Shown: positions 20,568-31,975, numbered from the stretch's first letter. The stretch: DNA of 64,000 bases from Nocardioides sp. (GCA_041393675.1 JAWKJR010000013.1:13942-77941), one strand, 5' to 3'. Numbers and translations are program-made. The notes: a model not told the origin generated them from the letters alone.

Positions 20568-22382
20568 ATGCCGATCATCACCGATACCGAGTTCGTCGAG
20601 AAGTTGCCACAGAACGTTGCGGTGCAGTTCTGGGAGCGCGTGAGTCGATCCCCGGGACGTGAGGCCTTCCGCTACCCGAACGGCGCCGGCTGGGAGTCGG
20701 TGACCTGGCAGGAGAGCGGTGACCAGGTCGCCCGGTACGCCGCCGGGCTGATGGCTCTCGGCGTCCAGCCCGAGCAGCGCGTCGGGATCGTCTCGGGCAC
20801 GCGCTACGAGTGGATCCTGGCCGACCTGGCGATCATGTGTGCTGCGGCAGCGACCACCACGGTCTACCCCAGCACCAACGAGGAGGACACCGCCTACATC
20901 CTCGGCGACTCCGAGTGTCGGGTCGTGTTCGCCGAGGACGACTCCCAGATCGCCAAGCTGACGGCGCGTCGTGGGGAGGCTCCCGCCGTGGAGAAGATCG
21001 TGACCTTCGACGGCACCGCCGACGGCGACTGGGTGATCGGGCTGGCCGACCTCGGTGCGCTCGGTGACGCCTACCTCGCCGACCACCCCGACGTCATGGC
21101 CGAGACCGCGGCCGCCATCAAGCCGGACGCGCTCGCGACGCTCATCTACACCTCCGGCACGACCGGACGGCCCAAGGGGTCCGGCTGCGCCACCAGTCGT
21201 GGGTCTACGAGGGCGAGGCGATCCGCGTCCAGAACATCCTCGACGAGAGCGACCTGGAGTTCCGCTGGCTGCCGATGGCGCACTCCTTCGGCAAGGTACT
21301 GATGTCGACCCAGATGGCCTGCGGGTTCGCCGCCGCGATCGACGGCCGGGTCGACAAGATCATCGAGAACGTCGGGGAGGTGCGACCGACGTTCATGGGA
21401 GCGGCGCCGCGCATCTTCGAGAAGGCGCACGCCCGCATCGTCACCATGCAGGCCGCCGAGGGCGGGGCCAAGGAGAAGATCTTCAACAAGGCCTTCGATG
21501 TCGGCCTCAGGGTCGACCAGCTCCAGCGGGAGGGCAAGAGCGTGCCCGCACTGCTCAAGGTGCAGCACGGCCTGTTCGACAGGCTGGTGTTCAGCAAGAT
21601 CCGGGACCGGTTCGGTGGTCGGGTCCGGTTCTTCATCTCCGGCGCGGCCGCCCTCAACCGGGACATCGCCGAGTGGTTCCACGCGGCCGGCATCGTGATC
21701 CTCGAGGGCTACGGGCTCACGGAGACCTCGGCGGGCTCCTTCGTCAACCACCCCCAGAAGTACCGCTTCGGCACGGTCGGGCCGGTGTTCCCGGGCAGCG
21801 AGGTCATGCTCGGCGAGGGAGGCGAGATCCTGATCAAGGGTCCCGGCGTGATGGAGGGCTACCACAACCTGCCCGACGAGACCGGCAAGACGCTCACCGA
21901 GGACGGCTGGCTGCGCACCGGCGACAAGGGGGAGCTGGACCAGGACGGCTACCTGCGCATCACCGGACGGATCAAGGAGCTGTTCAAGACCTCGGGCGGC
22001 AAGTACATCGCTCCGCCGGCCATCGAGGGAAGTTCAAGGCGCTGTGCCCGTACGCCAGCCAGTTCATGGTGTTCGGCAACGAGCGGAACTTCTGCGTCGC
22101 GCTGATCACCCTCGACCCGGACGGCATCGCCGAGTGGGCCAAGGAGAACGATGTCGCCGGCGACTACGCGCAGATCGTCGCCTCGGAGAAGTGCCAGGCG
22201 ATGGTGGCGGGCTACGTCGACCAGCTCAACGCCCAGCTCAACCGCTGGGAGACGATCAAGAAGTGGGAGATCCTCGACCACGACCTGAGCGTCGAGACCG
22301 GCGAGCTGACCCCTCGCTCAAGGTGAAGCGCAACGTCGTCGAGGCCAACTACGCCGACACGATCGACGCGTTCTACTCCTGA
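20568..22382 (+). CDS. Long-chain acyl-CoA synthetase (FadD15-like; indels)
   Basis: IYTSGTTGRPKG, EGYGLTET, GWLRTGD, ITGRIKELFKTSGGKYIAP, ELTPSLKVKR. Confidence 0.92.
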
Positions 22383-22412
22383 GCGACGCGGCGGGACTCG
22401 GGGCGTCGGCGC

Positions 22413-23629
22413 GTGCCTTCCACACCGCCTGTCGGCGAGCCCGCGCCGGCCGACGGCCGGCTGCCGGAGTCGGCGCTGGCCTGGCTCGGCCGGCGGTCCT
22501 TCGGGGCCTACGTCCACGTCCCGTTCTGCGCCGCCCGATGCGGCTACTGCGACTTCAACACCTACACCGCGGCGGAGCTCGAGGAGCAGCTGGGCGCCTC
22601 GCGCGCGACGTACGCCGAAGCGGTGCTGGCCGAGGTTGCCCTGGCGCGCCGGGTGCTGGGCCCGCGCGACCTTCCGGTGTCGTCGGTGTTCTTCGGCGGC
22701 GGCACGCCCACCCTGCTCAAGCCGGTGGACCTGTCGGTGGTCGTGTCGGCGCTGGCGGCTGACTTCGGGCTTGCCGACGGGGCGGAGATCACCACGGAGG
22801 CCAACCCCGACAGCGTGACCCAGTGGGACCTCGACGACCTGCGGGCGGCCGGCTTCACGCGGATCTCGTTCGGCATGCAGTCGGCTGTCCCGAGCGTCCT
22901 GGCCACCCTCGACCGCACGCACGACCCGCTCCGGGTGCCCGCGGCGGTGGCGTGGGCCCGAGCGGCCGGCTTCGAGCAGGTGAGCCCGGACCTCATCTAC
23001 GGCACGCCGGGGGAGTCGTTGGCCGACTGGGCGCGCTCGCTGGAGGAGGCGCTCGCGTGCGAGCCCAACCACGTGTCGGCGTACAGCCTCATCGTGGAGG
23101 AGGGCACCGCCCTGGCCCGGCGGGTGCGCCGGGGCGAGCTGCCACCCCCCGACGAGGACGACCTCGCCGACAAGTACCTCCTCGCCGACGAGCGGCTGAC
23201 GGCGGCGGGCTTCGAGTGGTACGAGCTGTCCAATTGGGCTCGCACCCCTGAGGCCCGTTGTCGCCACAACCTGCTCTACTGGACCGGCGCGGACTGGTGG
23301 GGCTTCGGGCCGGGCGCGCACTCCCACGTGGGAGGCACCCGCTGGTGGAACGTCCGCCATCCCGCCGCGTACGCCGAGCGGCTGGCGCGTGGGGTGAGCC
23401 CGGCCCAGGCGCGGAGGTGCTCGACGCCGGCGCCTGACGCGTCGAGCGGGTGCTCCTGGAGATCCGGCTGCGCGACGGGCTGCCGATCAGCGCGCTCGAC
23501 GACACCGGCTACGACGCGGTACCGCCCCTGGTCGAGCGCGGCCTGCTCGACCAGCACGGCGGCCGCCTCACGCTCACGGCCGGCGGCCGGCTGCTCGCGG
23601 ACGCGGTGGTGCGCGAGCTGCTCGCGTGA
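22413..23629 (+). CDS. hemW: Radical SAM heme chaperone HemW (indels near 3' end)
   Basis: YVHVPFCAARCGYCDF, FFGGGTPT, EANP, DLIYGTPGES, WGFGPGAHS. Confidence 0.93.
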
Positions 23630-23639
23630 GCCGCTCGGC

Positions 23640-24157
23640 TCAGCTGACCATGCGGATGATCAGCGGGAAGCGGTACAGCTCGCCGTTGAGCGCCTTGACG
23701 CCCCCGATGATCATGAAGACGTAGTACAGGACGATCACCACTGGCAGCAGGATGATCCCGATCAGCACGATCAGTGACAGCGCGGCGAGCGTGAGGTAGA
23801 TGAGGTAGCTGAGGTTGAAGTTCAGCGCCTCGCGCGACTGCTCGGCCACCCACCGGGAGCGGTCCTTGTACATCAGGTAGACCAGCAGCGGGGCCAGGAA
23901 GCCGAGGACGATCGCGCCGAAGTGCGCGAGCGCGGTCCAGGTCCGCTCCTCGTCGGGGCGCAGCGGCACCGGAGCGCCGTACGCCGCCGGGGGTGCGCCG
24001 GGGGCTGCGGCTGGCCGTATGGTGCCTGGCCGCCCGGTGCCTGGCCGTAGGGCGCCTGGTCGGCCGGTGGTGGGGCAGACTCCGGCGCGGGGGGCTGCTG
24101 GGGGTCGAGCGGTGTCTGCTCGGGCTCGGGGGGAGTGGGGGGCTGCTGATCGCTCAT
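23640..24157 (-). CDS. DUF4870-type membrane protein with Q/P-rich N-terminus (indel)
   Basis: EERTWTALAHFG...FLAPLLVYL...EQSREALNF...GELYRFP. Confidence 0.8.
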
Positions 24158-24207
24158 GGTGGGCTCCTTCGTCTGGTCTGACGCTACTCGTCCGCGGGCC
24201 GGGTGGC

Positions 24208-25062
24208 TCACGCGCCCGGCGCGGTCACGAAGTCGATGAGCTCCTCGACCCGACCGAGAAGCTCCGGCTCGAGGTCGTGCCAGGTGTCCACCCGGCCGAG
24301 GATGTGACGCCAGGCCCGCGCCAGGTCGGCCTGGTCGGCGGCCGGCCAGCCCAGCCGCGCGCACACGCCCGCCTTCCACGACTCCTCCCGCGGAACCTCG
24401 GGCCAGGTGGCGACGCCCACCCGTTCGGGGCGGACGGCCTGCCAGATGTCGACGTAGGGGTGGCCCACGACGAGCACGTGCTCGCCCAGCGGCGAGGCCG
24501 CCACGTCGGCGGCGATCCGGCTCTCCTTGGAGCCCGGCACCAGGTGGTCGACCAGGACGCCCACACGTCGGCTGGGCCCGGGGCCGAAGCTGCGCAGCCG
24601 CGCGAGCAGGTCGTCGACCCCCCCGAGGTACTCCACGACGACGCCCTCGAGCCGGAGATCGTCGCCCCACACCTTCTCGACCAGCTCCGCATCGTGGCGG
24701 CCCTCGACCAGGATTCGGCTGTCGCGCGCGACCTTGGCGGCGGCGCCGTGCACGGCCACCGACCCGGACGCCGTACGCCGGGGCGGCGCCGGGGCGACCC
24801 GCTGCACCGGAGGCGTGAGGATCACCGGGCGGCCCTCGAGCAGGAAGCCGGGCCCGAGCGGGAAGGTCCGACGCCGGTGGCGGCGGTCCTCCAGGACCAG
24901 CGTGCGCACGTCACGATCGATCGTGACCACCTCGCCACACCAGTCGGTGGTGACCTCCTCGACGATCATGCCGAGCGCGGCGGGCACCCCTGGGCGCCCC
25001 CGCGCGGGTGCCCGCCAGTCACCGGCGAGCACGTCGCTCCCGTAACGGTCGGTGGTCCTCAC
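24208..25062 (-). CDS. DUF3097 family protein
   Basis: DRYGSDVL, GPGFLLEG, RTASGS, VEGRHDAELVEKVWGDDLR, DHLVPGSKE, GHPYVDIW. Confidence 0.88.
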   Translation of the reverse strand: MRTTDRYGSDVLAGDWRAPARGRPGVPAALGMIVEEVTTDWCGEVVTIDRDVRTLVLEDRRHRRRTFPLGPGFLLEGRPVILTPPVQRVAPAPPRRTASGSVAVHGAAAKVARDSRILVEGRHDAELVEKVWGDDLRLEGVVVEYLGGVDDLLARLRSFGPGPSRRVGVLVDHLVPGSKESRIAADVAASPLGEHVLVVGHPYVDIWQAVRPERVGVATWPEVPREESWKAGVCARLGWPAADQADLARAWRHILGRVDTWHDLEPELLGRVEELIDFVTAPGA

Positions 25063-25109
25063 CCGACGAGGCTAGGAGCACTCCAGCGCGGCGCGGCGGC
25101 GGCGCTCGG

Positions 25110-25964
25110 TCAGCCGAGCGGCAGTCGGCGACCACCCGGGGGCAGCTGCGCGTAGCCTCGCTGCACGGCATGGACGAGACCGTCGCGCCCCCAGGGCCAG
25201 TCCGAGCCCGCCAGCGTCTCCTCGGGCGACGCTCCCTGCGCCGCGCCGTGCCGGATCATCTCGGCCACCACTCCGACCGCCGCGCGCTGCGACTCGACGA
25301 AGCCCCGGTCCACGACGGCCCCGTGGCCGGGCACGACGACGGTCGCGTCGGTCGTGGCGCCGAGGACGACGTCCAGGGTGGCCGGCCACTCCAGCGGCCA
25401 GCAGTCCTCGCCGTACCCGGGCGGGCCGGACTCCTCGACCAGGTCGCCGACCAGCAGCACGTCCGCGTCGGGCACGGCGACCACGAGGTCGCCGGCGGTG
25501 TGGCCGCGACCCGGATGCACCAGCTCGACGCGGCGGTCGCCGAGATCCAGGACCCGGGCCGAGGAGAACGTCTGGTCCGCGGCCACGATCGGCGTCTCGA
25601 TGACCTCGTCGGCATGCGGCTCGTCGTCCCGGTGGGCGGCGTAGACCCGCTTGATCCGCTCACCCGAGGGCACCGTGGCGGCGGCAGCGGCCTCGTGCGC
25701 GTGGATCGGCACCACTCCGTACGCCGCCCGGAAGGCGTGGTTGCCGAAGGTGTGGTCGAAGTGCTCGTGGGTGTTGACCACGGCCGTCACCTCGCCGCGG
25801 CCGAGCCGCCGGACGGCCTCGATGACTTCGCGCGCGGCTTGCGTGGAGGCGTGGGTGTCGACGACCACCAGGCCGCGCTCGCTGCCCACGACCGCGATGT
25901 TGAGCGCGAACCAGTCGTGGTGGGCGACCCACACCCGCGGCGCCACCTCGAGGAAGTCGGCCAT
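25110..25964 (-). CDS. MBL-fold metallo-hydrolase
   Basis: NTHEHFDHTFGN, GHTAGD, GDL, VPGHG. Confidence 0.9.
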   Translation of the reverse strand: MADFLEVAPRVWVAHHDWFALNIAVVGSERGLVVVDTHASTQAAREVIEAVRRLGRGEVTAVVNTHEHFDHTFGNHAFRAAYGVVPIHAHEAAAAATVPSGERIKRVYAAHRDDEPHADEVIETPIVAADQTFSSARVLDLGDRRVELVHPGRGHTAGDLVVAVPDADVLLVGDLVEESGPPGYGEDCWPLEWPATLDVVLGATTDATVVVPGHGAVVDRGFVESQRAAVGVVAEMIRHGAAQGASPEETLAGSDWPWGRDGLVHAVQRGYAQLPPGGRRLPLG

Positions 25965-26073
25965 GCCCGCGAGCGTAGTGCGGCGGGTTCGCGCCCGCCC
26001 AGACGCGGCGCGGAGCCTGGCCGCGACCTGGACCGAGCCGGCGGGGCCCGCGGACTGTTCGAGGCTTGTAGCA

Positions 26074-26100
26074 TTGGCACTCAGTGTTAGTGAGTGCCAG
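26074..26100 (+). promoter_or_regulatory. CIRCE element (HrcA operator)
   Basis: ttggcactc-N9-gagtgccag vs consensus TTAGCACTC-N9-GAGTGCTAA, upstream of hrcA. Confidence 0.9.
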
Positions 26101-26165
26101 TTGTTCGTGAGTGCCACAGTGCGCGGGTGCCGGCTCGCGCGCGACCGGTGGGCAGGAGGTGGGCC

Positions 26166-27188
26166 ATGTCCGAGGACCGCAAGCTCGCCGTGCTGCGCGC
26201 CATCGTCGAGGACTACGTGGCCACCGAGGAGCCGGTCGGGTCCAAGGCCCTCGTCGAGCGACACGGTCTCGGCGTCTCCCCGGCCACGGTGCGCAACGAC
26301 ATGGCGGCGCTCGAGGACGAGGGCTACATCGCCCAACCGCACACCAGCGCCGGGCGCATCCCCACCGACAAGGGCTACCGGCTCTTCGTCGACCGGCTGA
26401 CCACGCTCAAGCCGATGAGCGGGGGGGAGAAGCGGGCGATCGCGACCTTCCTGGAGGGCGCGCTCGACCTCGATGACGTCGTGCACCGGTCCGTGCGGCT
26501 GCTGGCCAGCCTCACCCGCCAGGTGGCCGTCGTGCAGTACCCCACCCTCTCGCGCTCCACGGTGCGGCACATCGACCTGATCGCGCTGAGCGAGACCCGG
26601 CTGCTGCTGGTGCTCATCCTCAGCACCGGCCGCGTGGAGCAGCGGGTCATCGAGCTCGACGCCGCCCTCGACGACGAGCAGCTGAGCACGCTGCGCAACG
26701 GGGTGCTCGGGGCTGCCGTGGGGCAGCGCATCGAGGACGCCGCCGTCGCGCTCACCGCGCTGGGCGAGGACCGACGCCTGCCGGACCCGTTGCCGACCAG
26801 CTCGGTGGTGACCGCTATCTGCGAGGCGATGTCCGACCATCGCTCCGACGAGCGGATCGTCGTGGGTGGCACCGCCAACCTGGCCCGCTTCGGCGACCAC
26901 TTCGACTCCGCGGTGCGCCCGCTGCTCGAGGCGCTGGAGGAGCACGTCGTCCTGCTCCACCTGCTGGGCGAGGCGCACACCGGGGGTGCCCTCACGGTGC
27001 GCATCGGGCACGAGGGCCCCTACCAGGAGCTCGCGGCCACCAGCGTGGTCGCCACCGGGTACGGCCCGGGCGACGAGGCGCTGGGGACGCTCGGCATCGT
27101 CGGCCCCACGCGGATGGACTACCCCAGCACGATGGCGGCCGTGCGCGCGGTGGCGCGCTACGTCTCGCGCATCCTCGACGAGGCCTGA
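26166..27188 (+). CDS. hrcA: Heat-inducible transcription repressor HrcA
   Basis: [46 protein letters not shown]. Confidence 0.97.
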   Translation: MSEDRKLAVLRAIVEDYVATEEPVGSKALVERHGLGVSPATVRNDMAALEDEGYIAQPHTSAGRIPTDKGYRLFVDRLTTLKPMSGGEKRAIATFLEGALDLDDVVHRSVRLLASLTRQVAVVQYPTLSRSTVRHIDLIALSETRLLLVLILSTGRVEQRVIELDAALDDEQLSTLRNGVLGAAVGQRIEDAAVALTALGEDRRLPDPLPTSSVVTAICEAMSDHRSDERIVVGGTANLARFGDHFDSAVRPLLEALEEHVVLLHLLGEAHTGGALTVRIGHEGPYQELAATSVVATGYGPGDEALGTLGIVGPTRMDYPSTMAAVRAVARYVSRILDEA

Positions 27189-27214
27189 GCCTCACCCCGA
27201 CCCGAAGGACATCT

Positions 27215-28366
27215 GTGGCACTGGATCTCTACGGCTCCTCGGTGTGGCCCGCGATGCGGATGCCGACACCATCAAGAAGGCCTACCGTCGGCTCGCTCGG
27301 CAGCTGCACCCCGACGTGAACCCCGACCCCTCCACGCAGGAGCGGTTCAAGGAGGTCTCGCACGCCTACGAGGTGCTCTCGGACCCGCAGAAGCGGGCGG
27401 CGTACGATCGGGGCGGCGACGTCTTCGGGGGCCCGGGCTTCGGCCAGGGGGCGGGCTTCTCCTTCACCGACATCATGGACGCCTTCTTCGGCGGGGCGGC
27501 CGCCGGTGGGGCGCGGCCCGCGACCTCGCGTGCGCCGCGGCCAGGACGCCTTGATCCGGCTCGAGGTGGAGCTAGCCGAGGCGGCGTTCGGCGTCACCCG
27601 AGAGCTCAAGGTCGACACGGCGGTCCTGTGCACGGGTTGCCAGGGCGCCGGCACGGCGCCCGGCACCAGCCCCCAGCCGTGCAGCACCTGCCACGGCGCC
27701 GGGGAGGTGGCGCACGTGCAGCGCTCGCTGCTCGGCGAGATCCGCACCCTCCGGCCGTGCCCGGCCTGTCGAGGCTTCGGGACGGTCATCCCCGAGCCGT
27801 GCCGCGAGAGCTCCGGCGACGGCCGGGTCCGCTCCCGCCGGACGCTCACGGTGAAGATCCCCGCGGGCGTCGACAACGGCACCCGCGTGCAGTTGTCGGG
27901 GCAGGGCGAGGTCGGCCCGGGCGGTGGGCCTGCGGGCGACCTGTACGTCGAGATCCACGTCACGCCGCACGAGACCTTCACTCGCGAGGGCGCTCACCTG
28001 CACTGCACGGTGGCACTGCCGATGACGGCGGCGGCGCTGGGCACGACGCTGACCCTGCCCACCCTCGAGGCCGACCTGCCGGGCGACGACGGCGTGCACC
28101 AGCGGGCCGTTGAGGTCGAGGTCCGTCCCGGGACCCAGTCCAACACCCAGCAGGTGCTGCGCGGGCACGGCGTCCCCGGCCTGCGCGGCGGTCGCGGCGA
28201 CCTCGTGGTGACGCTGGTGGTCGAGACCCCGACCCGGTTGGACGCTCGTCAGGAGGAGCTGCTCCGGGAGCTGGCCGCGCTCCGCGACGAGGAGCAGCCG
28301 ACCGCCTCGGTGAAGTCGGCCCACAAGTCCGTGTTCAGCAGGTTCCGCGACGCCTTCAACGTCTGA
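27215..28366 (+). CDS. dnaJ: Chaperone DnaJ (DnaJ2 type; indels)
   Basis: [17 protein letters not shown]-rich region, CxxCxGxG repeats, [13 protein letters not shown]. Confidence 0.95.
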
Positions 28367-28406
28367 CCCAGCCCACCGAGGGCTGCTGAGCTCCAGGAGG
28401 TTCCCG

Positions 28407-29153
28407 ATGTCCTTGCCCCTGCACCTGGTGGAGTCGCTGGACGGGGTCGGTCCGGGGTCGCTGGTGGTCGTCGAGGGCGACGAGGCCCATCACGCGGTGG
28501 CTGTCCGCCGGTTGCAGCACGGGAGGCGGTGGCGCTGACCGACGGCCGCGGCAGGCGGGCCGTGGGCACGGTCGGCATGGCGGGCCGGCGGGTCTTCGAG
28601 GTGCGGGTCGACGAGGTCGACGCCGTCGCGCGGCCCGCGCCGCGGCTCACGGTCGTGCAGGGGCTGCCCAAGAGCGACCGCGGAGAGCGGGCCGTGGAGG
28701 TGCTGACCGAGATCGGGGTCGACGAGATCGTCCCCTGGTCGGCGGCGCGCAGTGTCGCGGTCTGGAAGGGTGACCGGGTCGAGAAGGGCCTGGCGCGCTG
28801 GCGGGCGACCGCCCGGGAGGCCGCCAAGCAGGCCCGGCGGACGTGGTTCCCCACGGTCACCGACCTGGCCACGACGCGGGCCGTGGCCGAGCGGGTGGCG
28901 GCCGCGCCGGCGGCGTACGTCCTGCACGAGGGTGCCGCCGCTGCGTTGGCGGCCGTCGCCGAGGAACCGGGCGACCCGCCCGAGGAGCTTCTCCTCGTGG
29001 TGGGACCCGAGGGCGGCGTCACCCCCGAGGAGCTCGCGGCGTACGTCGACGCCGGCGCCCGCGCCGTCCGGCTCGGCCCCGAGGTGCTGCGCACCTCGAC
29101 GGCCGGCCTGGCCGCCGCGGCCGCCCTCCTCGCCCGCACCCCGCTGGCGCTGA
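28407..29153 (+). CDS. rsmE: 16S rRNA m3U1498 methyltransferase (indels)
   Basis: EGDEAHHAVAVRRL, VVQGLPK, LTEIGVD, VVGPEGG, LGPEVLRTSTAG. Confidence 0.93.
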
Positions 29154-29263
29154 TCCGGCACAACCTCGCCGATCCGGCAGAAGTTCGCGTCGATCCGGCA
29201 CAACCTCGCCGATCCGGCAGAAGTTCGCGCCCGCGCGCTCCCGAACTTCTGCCGGATCAGCGC
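29147..29263. repeat. REP/MITE-like composite palindromic element, same motif family as 14142-14268
   Basis: 14-bp terminal IR gcgctgatccggca/tgccggatcagcgc; 40-bp period direct repeat at 29152 and 29192; perfect 17-bp IR 29211-29227/29242-29258. Confidence 0.85.
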
Positions 29264-30144
29264 ACGGTGAACTGCTTGGAGTCCTCCGTGGGGGCGGGAC
29301 CCTCGCCGCCGGAGGGGTCGTCGGTGCGCGCGATGAAGGTGTAGTCGCCCGGCGGCAGGTCGGACAGGTCCGCCCGCCCGGACCAGGGGTAGAGCCGGTC
29401 CAGCCAGCCCTTGGCCATGCTGACCCCGCTGAGCACCACGTGGCCGTCCCCGGCGCGGATCTCCCACGGCACCGTCGCCTCGAAGGAGCTGGCCACCCCG
29501 GAGACGACCAGGACGCCGGCAGAGACCTGTGCGCCCTGCTCGGGGCTGGTCACGTTCACCAGGGCCAGGGTGTCCAAGGGCGGGTCGTTGACGATCGGCT
29601 CGGCGGTGGGAACGCCGTAGACCCGGTCGATCGGGTTCTCCACGGTGCGGAACTGCACCGGGGCTCGCCGCTGCACGGCCCCCTGCAGCGTGTACACCAC
29701 CTGCTGCACGGCGATCCGTGCCTCCTCCCGGGTCATCCCCGCCGGCCGCCTGCGCAGCGAGGTGTCGGCGAGGGTCACGGTGATCACGTCGCCGTCGTAC
29801 GTCGCGGCTGCGAACGCGCCTTCCGGCCACGCGGTGCGGTAGTCGGGGTCGAGCGACGCCTCGACCACTGCCGCGATCCCGTCCGCCGTCGGGTCGACGA
29901 TCCCCGTGGCCGACCGGAACTCGCGATACAGCCGGGGCCCGAGCGGGGTGTCCCCGACGTAGTAGACGGCCACGGCGGGGGCCGACGACAGCCCCGAGGC
30001 CGACGGCGTGGGGGTGGCGCTCGCTCCTCCGCCCGGGCCGGGCGACCCATCGCGAGGGCCGAACAGGGCGAACCCGCCGATCACGGCCGCTGCGGCCACG
30101 GCCACCACGGCGGCAGGCACCCAGGAGCGTGTCGAGCGGGACAT
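29257..30144 (-). CDS. GerMN plus Gmad2 Ig-like membrane-anchored protein
   Basis: TM, VYYVGDTPLGPRLYREF, DPDYRTAWP, QQVVYTLQ, SGVASSFEATVPWE, DDPSGGEG...DSKQF. Confidence 0.8.
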   Translation of the reverse strand: MSRSTRSWVPAAVVAVAAAAVIGGFALFGPRDGSPGPGGGASATPTPSASGLSSAPAVAVYYVGDTPLGPRLYREFRSATGIVDPTADGIAAVVEASLDPDYRTAWPEGAFAAATYDGDVITVTLADTSLRRRPAGMTREEARIAVQQVVYTLQGAVQRRAPVQFRTVENPIDRVYGVPTAEPIVNDPPLDTLALVNVTSPEQGAQVSAGVLVVSGVASSFEATVPWEIRAGDGHVVLSGVSMAKGWLDRLYPWSGRADLSDLPPGDYTFIARTDDPSGGEGPAPTEDSKQFTVR

Positions 30145-30207
30145 CGTGACCTCCTGACGGGTCGCGGGAAGCACACCCGCAGCCCTCTCTCACCACGCTA
30201 GCGCTCT

Positions 30208-30255
30208 GCTCCCTCCACGGCTCCCTCCCCCGCTCCCTCCCCGGTTCCCTCCCCG
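30208..30255. repeat. 12-bp tandem repeat x4 (g[c/t]tccctcc[a/c]c[c/g])
   Basis: Units at 30208, 30220, 30232, 30244. Confidence 0.8.
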
Positions 30256-30324
30256 CCGGGCAGGCCGCCCGGGTCGCCGCCTGACGCCGGCCGCCGGCGC
30301 CCGGCAGGGGAATACAGTGTCGGC

Positions 30325-30683
30325 ATGAGTACGCCGACGCGGGCAGCCGACTGCCTGTTCTGCAAGATCGTGGCCGAGGAGATCTCCGCGGACGTCGTGC
30401 ACCGGACCGACCGCGTGCTGGCCTTCCGCGACATCGCCCCGCAGGCGCCGACGCACGTGCTCGTGATCCCGCTCGACCACTACGAGAACGCCGCCGCCAC
30501 CGCCGCGGCCGACGCGGCGACGGTCGCGGAGCTGGTCGCCGCCGCGGCGACGGTGGCGGACGCCGACGGGCTCGACGGCCACTACCGGCTCGTCCTCAAC
30601 ACCGGCACCGGCGTCGGGCAGAGCGTCTTCCACACCCACCTCCACCTGCTCGGGGGCGGCCGATGACCTGGCCGCCGGGATGA
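30325..30683 (+). CDS. HIT family nucleotide-binding protein (3' indel)
   Basis: DCLFCKI, AFRDIAPQAPTHVLVIP, GQSVFHTHLHLLGG, MTWPPG. Confidence 0.93.
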
Positions 30684-31856
30684 GCCGGCGCGCACGCCGG
30701 GCGGGCCTCGCCGCGCTGGTGGCGATACTCGCCGTCGCGACGGGCTGTACGACGACCCCGCCGCCCGCGGGAACTGCCGACGACCACGCCGGCCTCGACG
30801 CGCTGCAGCCGCGCGACCACCCGGTGGAGGCCTGGCAGCCGGAGCCCCTGCGAGCCGGTGAGCGCCGCCTCGAGCTGACCATCCCGACCTCCTACACCCC
30901 GAGGGCGCCCTACGGCGCCGGCACCGACGACTACCACTGCTTCCTGCTGGACCCGCAGCTCACCCAGGACGTCTTCCTCACCGGCACCTTCGTCCGACCC
31001 GACAACACCGATGTCGTGCACCACGTGATCCTCTTCCAGGTGCCGCCCGAGGACGTCGCCCGGGCCCAGGAGCTCGACGCCCGTTCCGCGACCGAAGGGT
31101 GGACCTGCTTCGGCGACTCCGGCCTGACCCGGGGTCCCGCGCTCGACAGCGCCCCTGGCTGGGCGCCTGGGCACCGGGAGCCAAGGAAGCGGTCGCGGCC
31201 CAGGGTACGGCGTCCGGCTGGCCGCCGGCACCCAGATCGTGATGCAGGTGCACTACAACCTGCTCGGCGGCACCGGGCCGGACGCCTCCTCCACGCTGCT
31301 CCGGGTGGCGCCCGCGACGCCGGACATGCGTTCGGTCGAGACCATGCTGCTGCCCGCGCCGGTCGAGCTGCCCTGCCGTCCGGCGCACGCGGCCGGGCCG
31401 CTGTGCGACCGCGACGCGGCGGTGGCCGACGTCGTACGCCGGTTCGGCGGGGACGGCAACACCGCCAACCTGCTGCACCTGCTCTGCGGCGGGGAGATCC
31501 GGCCGGGCAACACCCAGTCCTGCACCCGCACGGTCACGGAGCCGACGACCATCCGGGGCGTCGCCGGGCACATGCACCTGCTCGGCCGGTCGATGTCCAT
31601 CGTGGTCAACCCGGGCACGCCGACCGAGCGCACCATCCTCGACATCCCGCTGTGGAACTTCGACGACCAGGGCGCCAAGCCGATCAAGCCGGTGCACCTG
31701 AAGCCGTTCGACACGGTGCAGGTCACCTGCCGACACGTGCAGTGGCTGCGCGACCGGCTGCCGGCGCTCCAGGGCCAGCCGGACAAGTACGTCGTGTGGG
31801 GCGACGGCACCACGGACGAGATGTGCCTCGGGATCCTCCAGGTCACCCATCCCTAG
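30680..31856 (+). CDS. Lipoprotein, copper type II ascorbate-dependent monooxygenase-like (PHM/DbM fold; indels ~31150-31200)
   Basis: Lipobox VATGC; DDYHCF, VVHHVIL, MQVHYN, GHMHLLG, WNFDDQ, WGDGTTDEMC. Confidence 0.78.
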
Positions 31857-31975
31857 CCGCCCCACGGCCGCCCGGGCGAAAGCGGCTGGGCCGCTCCGGC
31901 GGACTCCCGTAGCATGGGACCCGTCCCGCCGCCGACCAGGAAGGCAGCCCGCTCGCGGGCCAGCACAGGCACTGC

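Noticed and set aside
27800-27825. Loss of a zinc-finger Cys in DnaJ (CRESSGDG)
   Set aside because: A single-base difference in an error-prone assembly; not interpretable
29152-29230. Mini-CRISPR
   Set aside because: The intervening segments are themselves repeated, not unique spacers
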